Origin: Azolla caroliniana
Lineage: Eukaryota > Plantae > Polypodiophyta
Assembly: GCA_043228905.1 (NCBI GenBank)
Contig: JBHGNT010000002.1
Coordinates: 20,088,001 to 20,152,000, forward strand
Direction of reading: 5' to 3'
Length of the DNA stretch: 64,000 bases
Part shown: positions 9,828 through 22,254 of the stretch, piece after piece
Layout of the letters: every line of letters begins with the position of its first letter
Position numbering within the stretch: position 1 is the first letter of the stretch
Program-made: the position numbers and the translations under genes
Notes under the pieces: generated by a model
What the model saw: only the letters and a program-made list of their open reading frames with translations
What the model was told of the DNA's origin: nothing
Databases searched by the model: none

Positions 9828-12800
9828 ATGTGTGAAGCGTGAGCCACCACATTTGTCCCATGTCATGATACATTGGCGTTGCAAAAAGGCCTTATTTACA
9901 GAGGAATCTAGTGACGCATCATGAAGCAAGTGTCTTGCATCCCATCTACCAAACCATTTTTCTAAATCTTGCATCCAACCGGAACACAAAATTTTGCTTT
10001 TATGCGTCTTTTGGATCTTTTTGCTTGCTTCCCATTGCAATTCTAGGAAGTCGATGTGACGAGCTTTTTTGAACCTTAATCATGTATTCAACAACCCTTT
10101 CCATGGCCATGATCTCAATGGGAAGTGATCCCGTCTCAAGGCGGAGGAGGGCGTAGGGGGTTTGTTTCTTAACTTGTAGAAACTTTGTAAGAATTTTTTT
10201 TTGGACATTTTCAAACTCTTTCCACGTAGATTTAGGGATGCTACTGCCCCATACTTCCACCCCATAGAGAAGAACCGGGGTCACCAAGGTGTCAAAAAGA
10301 TATTTCTTGAGGACCCAACACTTAATATCTCCAATATTGCATGTGCTCTCAAATGCATAATATGCTCGCTTACCCGCCTCTAAGCGGCGTGTAGCACATT
10401 CATTCCATTTATGATTTGAAGGAACTTCAATTCCAAGATTTTGAAGCTTTCCACACATTCAAGTGGCTCATTGTTGTACATAATGCATGGTTTATCTCTT
10501 TTTTTACTCTTCACAAGCATAATCTTTGTTTTAGAGCTATTGACACTTAATCTAGTATGCATGCAAAATTTTTCCAATGCCTTCATAAGCTTTTGTGCAT
10601 CTCTTGAAGTATTTGCAAAATGCATTACATCATCCGCCTATAACAAAAGCATAATCACAACATTCCCAATTGCAACTTCTTCAACACATTCTTCCTTTAC
10701 AAACTTGGTAACCATTTCTTCTAATTCATCAATGCATAGACCAAATAATGTTGGTGAGAGTGGGCATCCTTGCTTAACACCAATAGTACTATTGAAAAAA
10801 TCTGAAAGTCTATCTCTCATATGCACACAACATATAACCTTCTCATATTTTCAGGAAATTGCAAGCAGATATTCACTTGACACTTCAAGTTCTTCCATCT
10901 GCCTCCAAAGATGCTCACGAGGTACCATATCAAAAGCTTTCTTGATGTCTACAAAGCAACAATATAAACCTTTACCTCTAAGGTGATTTTCATCCATTAA
11001 TACTCGAAGAGTGACAAGATGATCAATGGTGCTATGGTGTTTTTGAAAACCAGCTTCTCCATAAGCTCTCTTACCATTTTTTTCGGCCTATACACTTATC
11101 TTTGATTCCATTATACATCCAAATAGTTTTGCCATTAATGAGCCAACCATGATGGTTCGATAGTTGTTTACATTATTTACATCTCTGCCTTTATGTAAAG
11201 GTTTGATCCAATTTGTAGTCCAATCATATGGCATACCATGTTGCAATGCATCATTAAACATATCGCATATCCATATATGTGCTTCCTTTCCCGTCCATTT
11301 GAGCATTTAAACTTTTATACATTGAAGATCGCTTGCCTTTCAAGAGGCCAATTTCTTAAGTCCTATGCATATATCTTCAATTGTAAAGAAGGGAGACATA
11401 TGTGAAAGAGAACCATAACACATCATCTTTCCGGCAAGAGATAACTCATATAAATTCTTACAATGCATAGACAAGTCATGAAGAGTTAAGTCACCATAAC
11501 TCTCAACACGTTTCCCCTTTAGATTTCCCCAAAATTTAGCACATGCATGTGCTTTCTCTTGCGTTTGGAGAAGTTGTTGAGTAACTTCCCATATTCGTCT
11601 CTTTCTTTGAATAAGCCTTTTACAGTCATGCAAAATGCTTTTGGTAATTTTCTTTATACTTAACTACATCCAAAACCATAAGGCACTTTCGAGCTTCATG
11701 ACATTCTTTATCAAACCATTTTTTCTTACATTTCTTGGTGCATTTCCATGATGTGCGGTTGGTCGAAAAACATTTCTTTGTACAAGAGAGAATGACATTC
11801 TTAAAAGCTTCCCATTTGCATTCTAATGTGGCACCATGTTGTGTCTTTGTCATTTGTAACATATCCTCAACCATCTTGGAATACATGGGTGCTCGCTTAA
11901 GATTCATGCTCAAGTGCGTTTGTTTACTATCTTCAATGACCTTCTCGCAATCAAACCTATGCATACATTTGAGATCAATACATAAATTCCTATGATCGGA
12001 TTCCGGTGTCCATTCCCCTAGTGGGAATTTATGTATACGATCCAAAATACCTTCGGAAAGTAGCACATAGTCAATCACACTATTTCCATTGTGTTTTCTA
12101 CATTTAAAGCCGTTAGTATTGGGCCATAAGGAAACACCATTTGCAATAAGCAATCTGGTACTATTGCACATTTGTAGGAGTAGTTTCCCAAATTGGTCCG
12201 GATCTTTTTCATCGCTAGAAGATCGACTATACATTTGCATATCCTCTTGCATCCTCGAGATATGTGGCATGAAAGATTCTTGTGAATCAAGTTGGAAACT
12301 TCTTGTACGAGCATTCATGTCACGAAGGACAATAACTTCCCCTTTGGATTTGAAATAAACAATATCATCTTCTATGTTCATCATTTTTTATGATTGACAC
12401 ATATTTCTCTATTTCCTTCTTAATCAAACATGCCACCCCTCCTTGTCCTCTTCTTTGTCTTGGATTTTTCTCCCATATCAAAGAGTGTACATTATAGTTT
12501 CCCAAACCTTGAATCCTTTCAGTATCATGCTCCCATGTTTCAACAAGAAGTGTGATATCCGAGTCATCGATGAACTCCTCTATGCCGAATCCCTCATTCC
12601 ATGGGTATCCATTGTAATTCCAAAAACATAGTTGTAAAAGAGGTGGTTTAGTCTCATAGGTCACGTGTCCCTATTTGCCTACATTTCCATCTTTAAGCAC
12701 ATCCTTAACCTTATTTTTCAATCTTTCTTCATATGCTTTACGATGGGCATTTTGTAGTGAGATAGTACGATCTTCACTCACAAAGCATTGCGTACCTTTG

Positions 12801-13786
12801 AGGTATACCCAACTATTTTCGAGTATGATCCGCCGCTTTGTATCATCCGTCATTGCACATACAATGGGCCTTTCTTTGGAGCGAGTAACACCATGTTTCC
12901 CAACTCGGTGTGCCCCATATACATTCACATCTGACATCCCATAATGCAGCTAAAAAAATTCACCAATGGCCTTTCCAAGGGAAGCGGGTGTTTCCATACT
13001 CTCCTCTTTAATCCCACGGATAACAATGTTCTTTGATCTTCGTTCACGCTCTTTCAATTCTCGGGCATCTATGCTTTCTATATTCTTCTCTTGATGCATC
13101 ACATGCATGTTAGATGAGTTTGATACCCCATCCCCACCACATACTTCGGCCCATGATTTCGTTGTACATACATTTTTCATCTCACTTACGTCCCGCCTCA
13201 TCGTGTCTAATTTTTCTTCTTTTAATGCTTCCTTTAACTCAATCTTATTAAGGCACTCATTTGTTTCGAAAGAAGCTTTTTTACATTCTTGAATCTCTTC
13301 TTCAAGTTTTGCAACCACTTTCTTAAGAATTTCATTCTCGATGACAATAGTTTAGAGCTTAACATTGTCTTTCATTAACATCCTAATCTCTTCACCTTGC
13401 TTGTTTATGGTTTCTTGAAGAGAAATCAAGTGACTCATAAGCATTTTGTCCATTGTGTTTATTGCATTGGAATCAACATTTGTTGGTGATTTTGGTTCAT
13501 TATCAATCATACTCCCAAACTTTGAGGCGGCCTTATGAGTGTGTGTCATTGTAGGACCAAACCCTACGAGAAGAGACAGAGGGAGAGAGAAAATGTACCT
13601 TTCACTTGATTTAGAGCTTCAAAATCTACCTTGCGTTTGACGAGTTGTGGGGCAAAGATGGATGTGGACGAAAATGCTCATAACTTCTCGCCACTATAAC
13701 GGAATTCAGTAAATGAACATTCTTTAGAAAGCTCTTTGAAAGAGCTTTCCAATGAGCTGTAGAATGTAAAAAATGATGTCTGGAGT

Positions 13787-13790
<4 letters not shown>
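9828..13790 (-). mobile_element. Decayed near-full-length LINE: ORF1 (about 12671-13549) plus ORF2 APE endonuclease-RT; RTE-X/CR1-like clade assignment is tentative
   Basis: ORF1 with coiled-coil character and HRVG..RPIV motif; APE motifs CFWNYNG, LVETW, GQGGVA, DMNAR, SVIDY, SDH; RT motifs NYRTI, GVKQGCPLSPTLF, LL*ADD; many stops. Confidence 0.88.
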
Positions 13791-13820
<30 letters not shown>

Positions 13821-14090
13821 GCAAAAGTTGCTTCTGTTGTAACCGCCGGTTGGCGAAGACAGGAGCTCAAGGTCGTTGCCTCAGAGTCTAACATTGTAGT
13901 ACCTCTCCTCATAGTGATCCTCTGTTTGGAGTTTGAGAACATCCGGTCCCGTCTTGTTTGACTGTGTAAGTGCATATATTCATTTCTTGTTAATCTTCCA
14001 TTGGTATTTGAAACTCGGTTGTGGCCGAGCGCAATTCTCGACAAATTGTTATCAGAGCTTGTGTTATAAGCTTCAAACAAAAGAAAGAAA

Positions 14091-17000
14091 ATGGAAGAGT
14101 CATTCAGTGGCATGTTCAAGCTCAACGGCTCCAACTATTCAGTGTGGAAGTCGAAGATGAGGGACATGTTAGTGGTCAAAGATCTCTGGTTGCTAGTACA
14201 ATTTGGTGATAAAAGACCGGACAAGATTGATGTCGCAACCTGGGAGGTGATGCATATGAAGACAACGACATACATAAGATGCTTCATCAAAATGAGCATA
14301 TACAATAACTTCAATGAAGAGAACAAGGCCAATGAGCTCAGTGAAAAGATTGGCACGATGTTGGAGAACAAGAATTTCATAAATCGAGTCTTAGTATTTC
14401 AGAAGATAGTTAGGTTGAGATATCAAGATGACTCCAGCATGGCAGAGCATATGAATGCTTTCTAGGTTTTGATAAGCCAGACGACCTCACTAGAAGTACT
14501 CTGGCCGACGAGGTACTTGCTTTGTTGTTGCTTAGATCTCATATGGATAGTTGAGAGACACTAGTTGTTACGTTAGGCAAAACCGGACCGGAAGGGAAGC
14601 ACTTATCCCTGGCGAGAGTAAAGTCGAGCTTGCTAAATGAAGAAGCTCACCAGAAGGAAATTGGTCACGGAAGATGACAATAGCTAGGGAAGAGGTCGGA
14701 ATTGAGGTTCCCAGAACCGGGAGAAGTCGGGGATGAGGTCGAAGTCAAGGGGGTGACCCACCTGCTTTTATTGCAGAAAAATGGGGCACTTTCAAATGAA
14801 TTGTCAACCGTTCAGGAAAGTCAAAGGGAGAGCCCACGGTTTAGAACCGAAGAAGATTCCGAAAAGGAGAAGAACGTCGACAATCGTGACAAGCGAAGAG
14901 AAACTGCTGCTAATCACGGAGGAGAGTGAGTTGCACTTTGTCAACGATGAATCAACATGGGTGGTCGACTCCGGAGCGTCGTTCCATCTAACCCCTGACC
15001 AGGAGTGCTTCTCATCCTACAGAGTTGGAGATCATGACTATGTAAGGATGGGGAATGAAGAAGCATGCCGAATTGTCGGCATAGGAGATGTGTGTCTGAC
15101 AACGTCAATCAGGTGCAAGCTACTGTTGAAAGATGTCTGACACATTCCTGAGGTTCGACTAAACCTGATATCAATTGGTTGGCTAGATGATGAAGGATAC
15201 ACTAGTAGCATCCAGAATGGCAAAATGAAGTTTTGGAGAGGAATCTTGATCGTGGCCTGAGCCCGGAAGATCAACACATTGTACCTGATGCATGGCTGGA
15301 TATGCCGAGAGGAAGTGAACATGGCATCCAACACTTCCGGTGAGTTGTGGCACAAGAGGTTGTGCCGCATGAGCCAGAAAGGGATGAGAAGACTTGCCAA
15401 TGACAACCTCATTCCGGAGGTAGAGAACATGCAACTTGAGAAGTACACCGATTGTTTGGCTAGTAAGCAGAACCGAACGTCTTTCCGATTGAGATCGCCG
15501 ATGAGACGGAAGGCACCGCTTGAGCTCATGCATACCGAGGTATGCTCTGTGGACACGAAGTCACATTTCGGATCACAATACTTCTTGACATTCATAGATG
15601 ACCACAACCGGATGTTGTGGGTATCCACGCTGAAGACAAAGGACCAGGTATTATAAGTCTTCAAGGAGTTCCATGCAAGAGTAAGGAGAGAAACCGGCCG
15701 GAAGCCAAAGGCGGTTCGAGCAGACAACAGAAGCGAATACCGGGGGTAGTTCGAGGAGTACTGTCGGTCGAAGGCAATTAGGCGCAAATTCACTGTGCCG
15801 AAAACACCGGAGCTTAATGGACTGGCCAAGAGAATGAACCGGATCGTAATGGAGAGAGTTTGGAGTATGCTTGCACATGCCAAGTTGTCCAAGACATTTT
15901 GGGCCAAGGCACTAATGACGACGACGTACATGATAAACAGATCACCCTCAATGCCCTTGGACAGAGACACACCACAGAAAGTATGGACCGGTAAAGATGT
16001 TTCTTACCGACATCTAAAAGTGTTTGGTTGTCTCGCTTACGCAGATCGCAAAAGATAAATGGGGAAAACTGGACCCGAAAACTCGGCCATGTATATTCCT
16101 TAGATACGGTGATGATGAGTTCGGCTACTGGTTGTGGCGCCTAGCCGAAAAGAAAGTGATCCGGAGTAGGGAGACATAGTCTTTATGGAAGACAAGACCA
16201 TCGCCGACTGGGAATCAGAGAAGAAGATATTATCCTCCGGGTCAACCGACAAAGATCAGTTGGAAGATGCAAGGATTCAGTTGGTCGGAAGTCAGATGTT
16301 AGCCGAAGACCATAGTGAACCTGCCGGATTTGGACAAAGAACCAAACCGTCAAAGAAGGATCGGTTGTTGTAACCGGACAAGACCCCAAATTGGATTTGG
16401 ATGAAGAATTGACTGAAGAACCGGTGGCCGAAAGTCAAGGATGTAGATACCCTCTAAGAGAGAGAAGAGGCCCTCGGAGATTTCTAGATGTAGAGCATGT
16501 TTTACTGACTTACGAGGGGGAGCTAGAAAGCTTCGAAGAAGCAAAGAAAGACACCCACAACCGCAAGTGGTTAAGTGACATGCAGGATGGGATGGATTAC
16601 CTGCATGAGAACCACAGATATGAACTAATGGAGCTGCCGAAAGGAAAGCGAGCGCTCCGGAATAAGTGGGCGTACAAGCTGAAACCGAGAGACTCCGGAA
16701 ATCCACCGAGGTACAAAGCCCACATTGTGGTGAAGGCCTTCCAAGAAAACAAAGGAGTGGATTTCGATGACATCTTTGCCCTGGTAGTGAAAATGACATC
16801 CATCCGGATTGTGTTGAGCATAGCGGCAAGCATGGACCTCGAGGTCGAGCAACTAGACATCAAGACAACATTCATACACCGTGACCTCGAGGAGAAGATC
16901 TACATGCAGCAGCCGAGGGGATTTGTCAAGAAAGGGAAGGAGAACCTGGTGTGTTGGTTGAAGATGAGCTTATACGAACTAAAGCAAGATCCCCGACAAT

Positions 17001-18092
17001 GGTACCAAAAGTTCGACTCCTTCATGACCAACCAAGGATACCACAAGACTTAGGCCGACAACTGCATGTTCGTGAAGAAGTTTGATAGAGGAGATTTTCT
17101 AATACTCTTGCTGTACGTGGATGACATGCTGATTGTCGGACCGGGTTGCACCAAAATCAGAATGTTGAAGAAGACCTTGAACCGGTCCTTTTCAATGAAA
17201 GATTTGGGTCCGGTGAGACAGATATTGGGGATGCACATAGTCCGGTACCGGATGAAGAAGCTATTGTGGCTATCATAGGAGAAGTACGTGACGAAGGTGC
17301 TCCAACAGTTCAACATGACGGATGTGAAGTTGGTCGGGTTGACACTTCTAGAAAACTACAAGTTGTTCGGAAAACAAAGCCCGAAGACAAAGGCGGAGAA
17401 AGTGGAGATGACGAAGGTACCATATGCCTCAGCAGTCGGAAGTCTAATGTATTGTATGGTGTGTACCCGACCAGACATCGGATATGCAATCGGAGTGGTC
17501 AGATGGTTCATGAGAAATCCGGGAAGAGAGCATTGGGCCTCCGTCAAGTGGATCCTCCGGTACTGAAAGGCACCTCGAACATGTGCCTCTAGTTTGGCTC
17601 CGGTAAACCCCTATTGGCAGGCTTTACGGATTTAGATGTATGTCGGTTGATGTAGATACCAGTCAGTCCACATCCGGATACATCATGACCTATGCAGGGG
17701 GAGCAATATCATGGTAGTCAAGACTGCAAAAATCGATGGCATTGTCGACAATGGAAGCGGAATACATGGCGGCTATAGAAGCCGACAAGGAAGTAATCTG
17801 GATGAAGGACTTCATCGGAGAGTTAGGGATCCGGCATGAGGAATTCTTGCTCTACTATGACAGTCAAAGTGCCATCCACCTCGCGAAGAATGTGGCCTAC
17901 CATTCCCGGACCAAGCACATCCAAAGGAGATATCACTGTCTCCGGGAGAAGGTAGAAGACAAAGAATTTGCAATGATGAAGATTCATATGGAGGAGAACG
18001 GGTCGGACATGCTAACCAAGGTACTGCCAACCGACAAGCTGGACACATGTCGGAGACGAATCGGATTGATGAGACATCCCATGTCAGAGTGA
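14091..18092 (+). pseudogene. Copia C gag-pol pseudogene
   Basis: MEESFSGMFKLNGSNY start, WVVDSGASFH, LWHKRLC, FIDDHNR, LYVDDML, ALSTMEAEY; many stops and frameshifts. Confidence 0.92.
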
Positions 18093-18116
18093 AGGGGGAG
18101 TTTGTTGGGAAACTGG

Positions 18117-18967
18117 TGTCGTGCCTTTCAGCGTCGGATCGTTGCGTGAGTCGGGTGGGAACCGTCGGGGTTTTGGATGAGGAGGAAGAATTCGAGACGA
18201 GTTTAGTTATGAATATGAATCAATTATAAGAAAGAGAGATTGAAACTTGTGAATCCCACAAGTATATTGTATTAGATTAATCAATATTAAGATAAGAATA
18301 TGAATTTAGATTGAAACATAAGGATATAGAAACCTCGTGAATCCCACGAGTATAGTTTATTTATTTTATTAATATTTAAAACCCTAATAATAAATTAGAA
18401 TAGATTGAAAGAGAAAGATATAGGAAACTTGTGAATCCCACAAGAATAATTTATTTTATTAATCATTATTTTTGAACCCTAATGATTTTTCATCCATAAT
18501 TTTCTCCCCCTTTATTACATTGTGCTCCCCATCCTTATATAGTGATGAGAGAGTCTTAGCAATCCATGTTTTTTCTCTAACTATGGACTCCATGCTTTCT
18601 CTATTATAGACTATATGCTTTTTCTAACATGTTTTTTCTAACCTCATGCATTTTTTATTGACTATAGTGTTTATGCATGCTAGATGTGCATGCATAGCTT
18701 TTTTCTATCACGCGTTTTTCTTCTAAGTAAAGCTTTTTCCTAGAAAATATGCATGAAAAAACATTTCTATGTGGGATATCTACTTTTCTAAGATTTATGA
18801 CATGTTAGTGTACTGGTAAGGCTTCAAATTATTAACATGGAGGTACAAGGTTTGAATCTTGCCCTATGCATATAATATGTATTTTGATATTTTCATCGTT
18901 TTCTTCATATTTATTAAATCGAGTACTTTATGCGTTTTTCACGTAGTGTATGAAATACACTACGACA
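18117..18967 (-). mobile_element. Solo LTR (851 bp) inserted 14 bp inside the 3' LTR of Copia C
   Basis: TGTCGT...ACGACA ends; 4-bp TSD CTGG/CCGG (18113-18116 and 18968-18971); three internal AAAC(T/C)T(T/C)GTGAATCCCAC(A/G)AG-type repeats; tRNA-like A/B boxes at 18801-18870. Confidence 0.82.
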
Positions 18968-19222
18968 CCGGTTCCTCCGGATGGATCTGGATGAGAACCA
19001 GATAAGCCCATATCGGATTAGTCGAAGGAAAGAACTAGATCGAGCGGTATTCGGAAACCGGATCGGATGGATCCGGAAGGTACCCGACTGGACACATTAG
19101 TAAATATGTTTTGATGTGACTGTTGAGGTAATATTTGTAAATAGCCCCAAAGTTATATAAGTATAACTAGGGCAATAACTGTGTTTGTGTTTTTATTGTG
19201 TGTTGTACAGAGAAGAAGAGAG

Positions 19223-19292
<70 letters not shown>

Positions 19293-19791
19293 GCAAAAGT
19301 TGCTTCTTTTGTAACCGCCGGTTGACGAAGACAGAGCTCGAGGTCATTGCCTCGTAGTGTCACATTGTAGTACCTCTCCCCATAGTGATCCCATTCGGAG
19401 TCTAAGAACTCCCGTGGTTTTGCCTATAGAGGTTTTCCACGTAAAAATCCGATGTCGTCTCGTTTGATTGTGTAAGTGCATTGATTCATTTCATGTTAAT
19501 CTTCCATTGGTATTTGAAACTCAGTTGTGGCCGAGCACGATTCTCGACACGTTACAATTTCAATTATTGATGACACTGAGTTACTTACATGATCTTCAAT
19601 AGATATTGCTTCAACAATTTTGAACTACGGTTTGGGACAAAAACATAAATCTTTTTTGAGAAAAGAAGTTATATGGAAGAATGGGTAAGGAGTGTAGTAT
19701 AGGCTAGGGAGAAATCCAGACTTAGGAACTTCATGTATATATCAGATAGGCAAATCACAAGAACAAGTTGAGAAAAAATGGTTAAATTACT

Positions 19792-20667
19792 TCTTTTAGT
19801 ACAATGTGAAATTTGGCAGAACCTTACTCGTGTCTAAGAATATTCCAACTCCTGCAAGGTGTTTCAAGCATTCATTTGAAGGCATATTGGAAATGAATTT
19901 GGTCTTTCAAGGGACCAACCAAATATATTCTCTTCACATGGCTTTTACTACATGCAACACTACCAATAGGTCAATCATTGAAAGGAGATGTGGCAACTAG
20001 TCTTAGACCATGTTGTTATTGCGGTGACATGCAAGAAACTACCAAGCATGCTCTTTGGTCATGCTCACTAGCCCAACAGGTATGGAATAAAGTTCTCTCT
20101 TTATTCCTGACAATTAATGCAGGATGCCTCTTCTCCTGGGGATCAACGGTATGGGGGGTTCTCCATTTCAGTCTCCTGTTGTATGAAGTAGATGATGCTC
20201 CAAAGGCTATGATAGTCATCAACAAACATCTAATTACGGTTTCCCCTTTTCAGCAACCTCACAAGAAAATGCGTGCAACCCATGTATGGAAAATCATATC
20301 TACGGTTACATTATGGATATTATGGAAGTATCATTGTAAAAGACGATATGATTCAATAATTCCTCTTCTCTCAGATATATTGCCGGAATTATGGGGGAGC
20401 TTATTGATGGTTGTGTGGGGGCACTATGAGAATATGCCAAGCTCTTCAGAGGTTGTCTGAAGAAAAGGAAAAAATTATTGCAATTATGGAGGAAGTTGCC
20501 TCTGTTCATAGTCTCCTCTCATGGACCGTTATGGAAATATCATCACCCCTAGTCCTTGCCCTGACAATTTCTTTTGTATATAATACTCTCTAATTTTCCA
20601 TTTTTGTAGCCCTCCGGCGCTTTTCTTAATACTAATGAAGGAAATCTTTTTGAAAAAAAAAAAAAGA
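19792..20667 (+). mobile_element. 5'-truncated LINE copy (ORF2 zinc-finger C-terminus plus poly(A))
   Basis: CCYCGDMQETTKHALWSC and LWILWKYHC motifs; poly(A) at 20653-20665; 11-bp TSD GTTAAATTACT at 19781-19791 and 20668-20678. Confidence 0.88.
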
Positions 20668-20734
20668 GTTAAATTACTAGAGAGAGTTTAGAACATGGTT
20701 GAGTAGTACCAAGGTTTCCTAATTGTGTAGTGTG

Positions 20735-20780
20735 CTTGTAGCTCTGTTGGTTAGAGTGTTGGTCTTATGAGCCAAAAGTC
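20735..20780 (+). pseudogene. Truncated tRNA-Ile(UAU) fragment (D and anticodon arms)
   Basis: CTTGTAGCTCTGTTGGTTAGAGTGTTGGTCTTATGAGCCAAAAGTC; no T arm. Confidence 0.8.
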
Positions 20781-20849
20781 CAAAGAGAGTTTAGAACATG
20801 TTTGAGTAGTACCAAGGTTTCCTTGTGTAGTGTGCCAAAATGTAATAGA

Positions 20850-20923
20850 GGTTTTGTAGCTCAGTTGGTCAGAGTGTTGGTCTTATGAGCCGAAAGTCGT
20901 GGGTTTGAGCCCCACCAAGACCA
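20850..20923 (+). pseudogene. tRNA-Ile(UAU) copy, degenerate
   Basis: 74 nt; C4>T, D-stem GAGT, T-loop TTTGA instead of TTCGA. Confidence 0.8.
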
Positions 20924-21002
20924 ATGTCAATTATTGATGACACTAAGTTAGTTACATTATCACAAAAATTTTGAACTATTATTTCAGACCAAATGTAACA
21001 GA

Positions 21003-21076
21003 GGTCTTGTAGCTCAATTGGTTAGTGCGTTGGTCTTATGAGTCGAAAGTCGTGGGTTCGAGCCCCATAAAGACCC
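21003..21076 (+). pseudogene. tRNA-Ile(UAU) copy, degenerate
   Basis: Intact B box but D-stem and acceptor-stem mismatches; TTTT immediately downstream. Confidence 0.8.
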
Positions 21077-21110
21077 TTTTGAACTATTGTTTGAAACCAA
21101 ATGTAACAAA

Positions 21111-21184
21111 GGTCATGTAGCTCAGTTGGTTAGAGCGTTCGTCTTATAAGTCAAAAGTCATGGGTTTGAGCCCCATCAAGACCA
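21111..21184 (+). pseudogene. tRNA-Ile(UAU) copy, degenerate
   Basis: GGTCATG start, broken anticodon stem, TTTGA T-loop. Confidence 0.8.
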
Positions 21185-21330
21185 ACATTGCAATGTCAAT
21201 TATTGATGACTTTGAGTTAGTTACATTATCATAAAAACACAAACAAAAAATTTGAACTATTTTTTGAGACAAACATATGAACAAAAATTGAGAAAATTTT
21301 GAACTATTGTTTCAGACCAAATGTAACAGA

Positions 21331-21404
21331 GGTCTTGTAGCTCAGTTGGTTAGCGCGTTGGTCTTATGAGTCGAAAATCGTGGGTTCGAGCCCCATAAAG
21401 ACCC
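21331..21404 (+). pseudogene. tRNA-Ile(UAU) copy, degenerate (paralog of 21003)
   Basis: Shares the diagnostic CCCCATAAAGACCC 3' end with 21003-21076. Confidence 0.8.
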
Positions 21405-21438
21405 TTTTGAACTATTGTTTGAAACCAAATGTAACAAA

Positions 21439-21512
21439 GGTCATGTAGCTTAGTTGGTTAGAGCATTCGTCTTATAAGTCAAAAGTCATGGGTTTGAGCC
21501 CCATCAAGACCA
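21439..21512 (+). pseudogene. tRNA-Ile(UAU) copy, degenerate (paralog of 21111)
   Basis: Shares GGTCATG, TTCGTCTTATAAGTCAAA and TTTGA with 21111-21184. Confidence 0.8.
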
Positions 21513-21805
21513 ACATTGCAATGTCAATTATTGATGACTTTGAGTTAGTTACATTATCGTAAAAACACAAACAAAAAATTTGAACTATTTTTTGAGACAA
21601 ACATATGAACAAAAATTGAGAAAATAAGTGATATGGAAGAATGGGTAAGGGGTGTAGTATATAGGCTAGGGAGCAATCCAAACTTAGGACCTTTATATAC
21701 ATATGGGATAGGATAATCACAAGAACAAGTTGAAAAAAAAGGGTTAAATTACCAGAGAGACTTAAGTAGTACCAAGATTTCCTAATTATGCCAAAATGTA
21801 ACAAA

Positions 21806-21879
21806 GGTCTTGTAGCTCAGTTGGTTAGAGCGTTGGTCTTATGAGCCGAAAGTCGTGGGTTCGAGCCCCACCAAGACCA
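21806..21879 (+). tRNA. tRNA-Ile (anticodon UAU), structurally intact, intronless
   Basis: GGTCTTG TA GCTC AGTTGGTTA GAGC G TTGGT CT-TAT-GA GCCGA AAGTC GTGGG TTCGAGC CCCAC CAAGACC A: acceptor, D and T stems fully Watson-Crick; A and B boxes intact; CAA immediately upstream. Confidence 0.85.
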
Positions 21880-22180
21880 ACGTTGCAATATCAATTATTG
21901 ATGACATTGAGTTAGTTACATTATCTTAAATAGAGATTGCTTCAACAATGTTGAACGAACTATTTTTTGAGACAAACATATGAACAAAAATTGAGAAAAT
22001 AAGTGATATGGAAGAATGGGTAAGGGGTGTAGTATATAGGCTAGGGAGCAATCCAAACTTAGGACCTTTATATACATATGGGATAGGATAATCACAAGAA
22101 CAAGTTGAAAAAAAAGGGTTAAATTACCAGAGAGACTTAAGTAGTACGAAGATTTCCTAATTATGCCAAAATGTAACAAA

Positions 22181-22254
22181 CGTCTTGTAGCTCAGTTGGT
22201 TAGAGCGTTGGTCTTATGAGCCGAAAGTCGTGGGTTCGAGCCCCACCAAGACCA
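22181..22254 (+). tRNA. tRNA-Ile(UAU), identical to 21806-21879 except G1>C
   Basis: Same cloverleaf, with a C1-C72 mismatch at the top of the acceptor stem. Confidence 0.72.

Larger units (their letters stand above)
13790..19549 (+). mobile_element. Ty1/Copia element C: 5' LTR truncated (about 13790-14043), 3' LTR 18103-19549
   Basis: Both LTR ends read ...TTCTCGACA; PBS TGTTATCAGAGC at 14047-14058; PPT GAAGGGGGAG at 18091-18100; internal region homologous to A/B. Confidence 0.9.
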
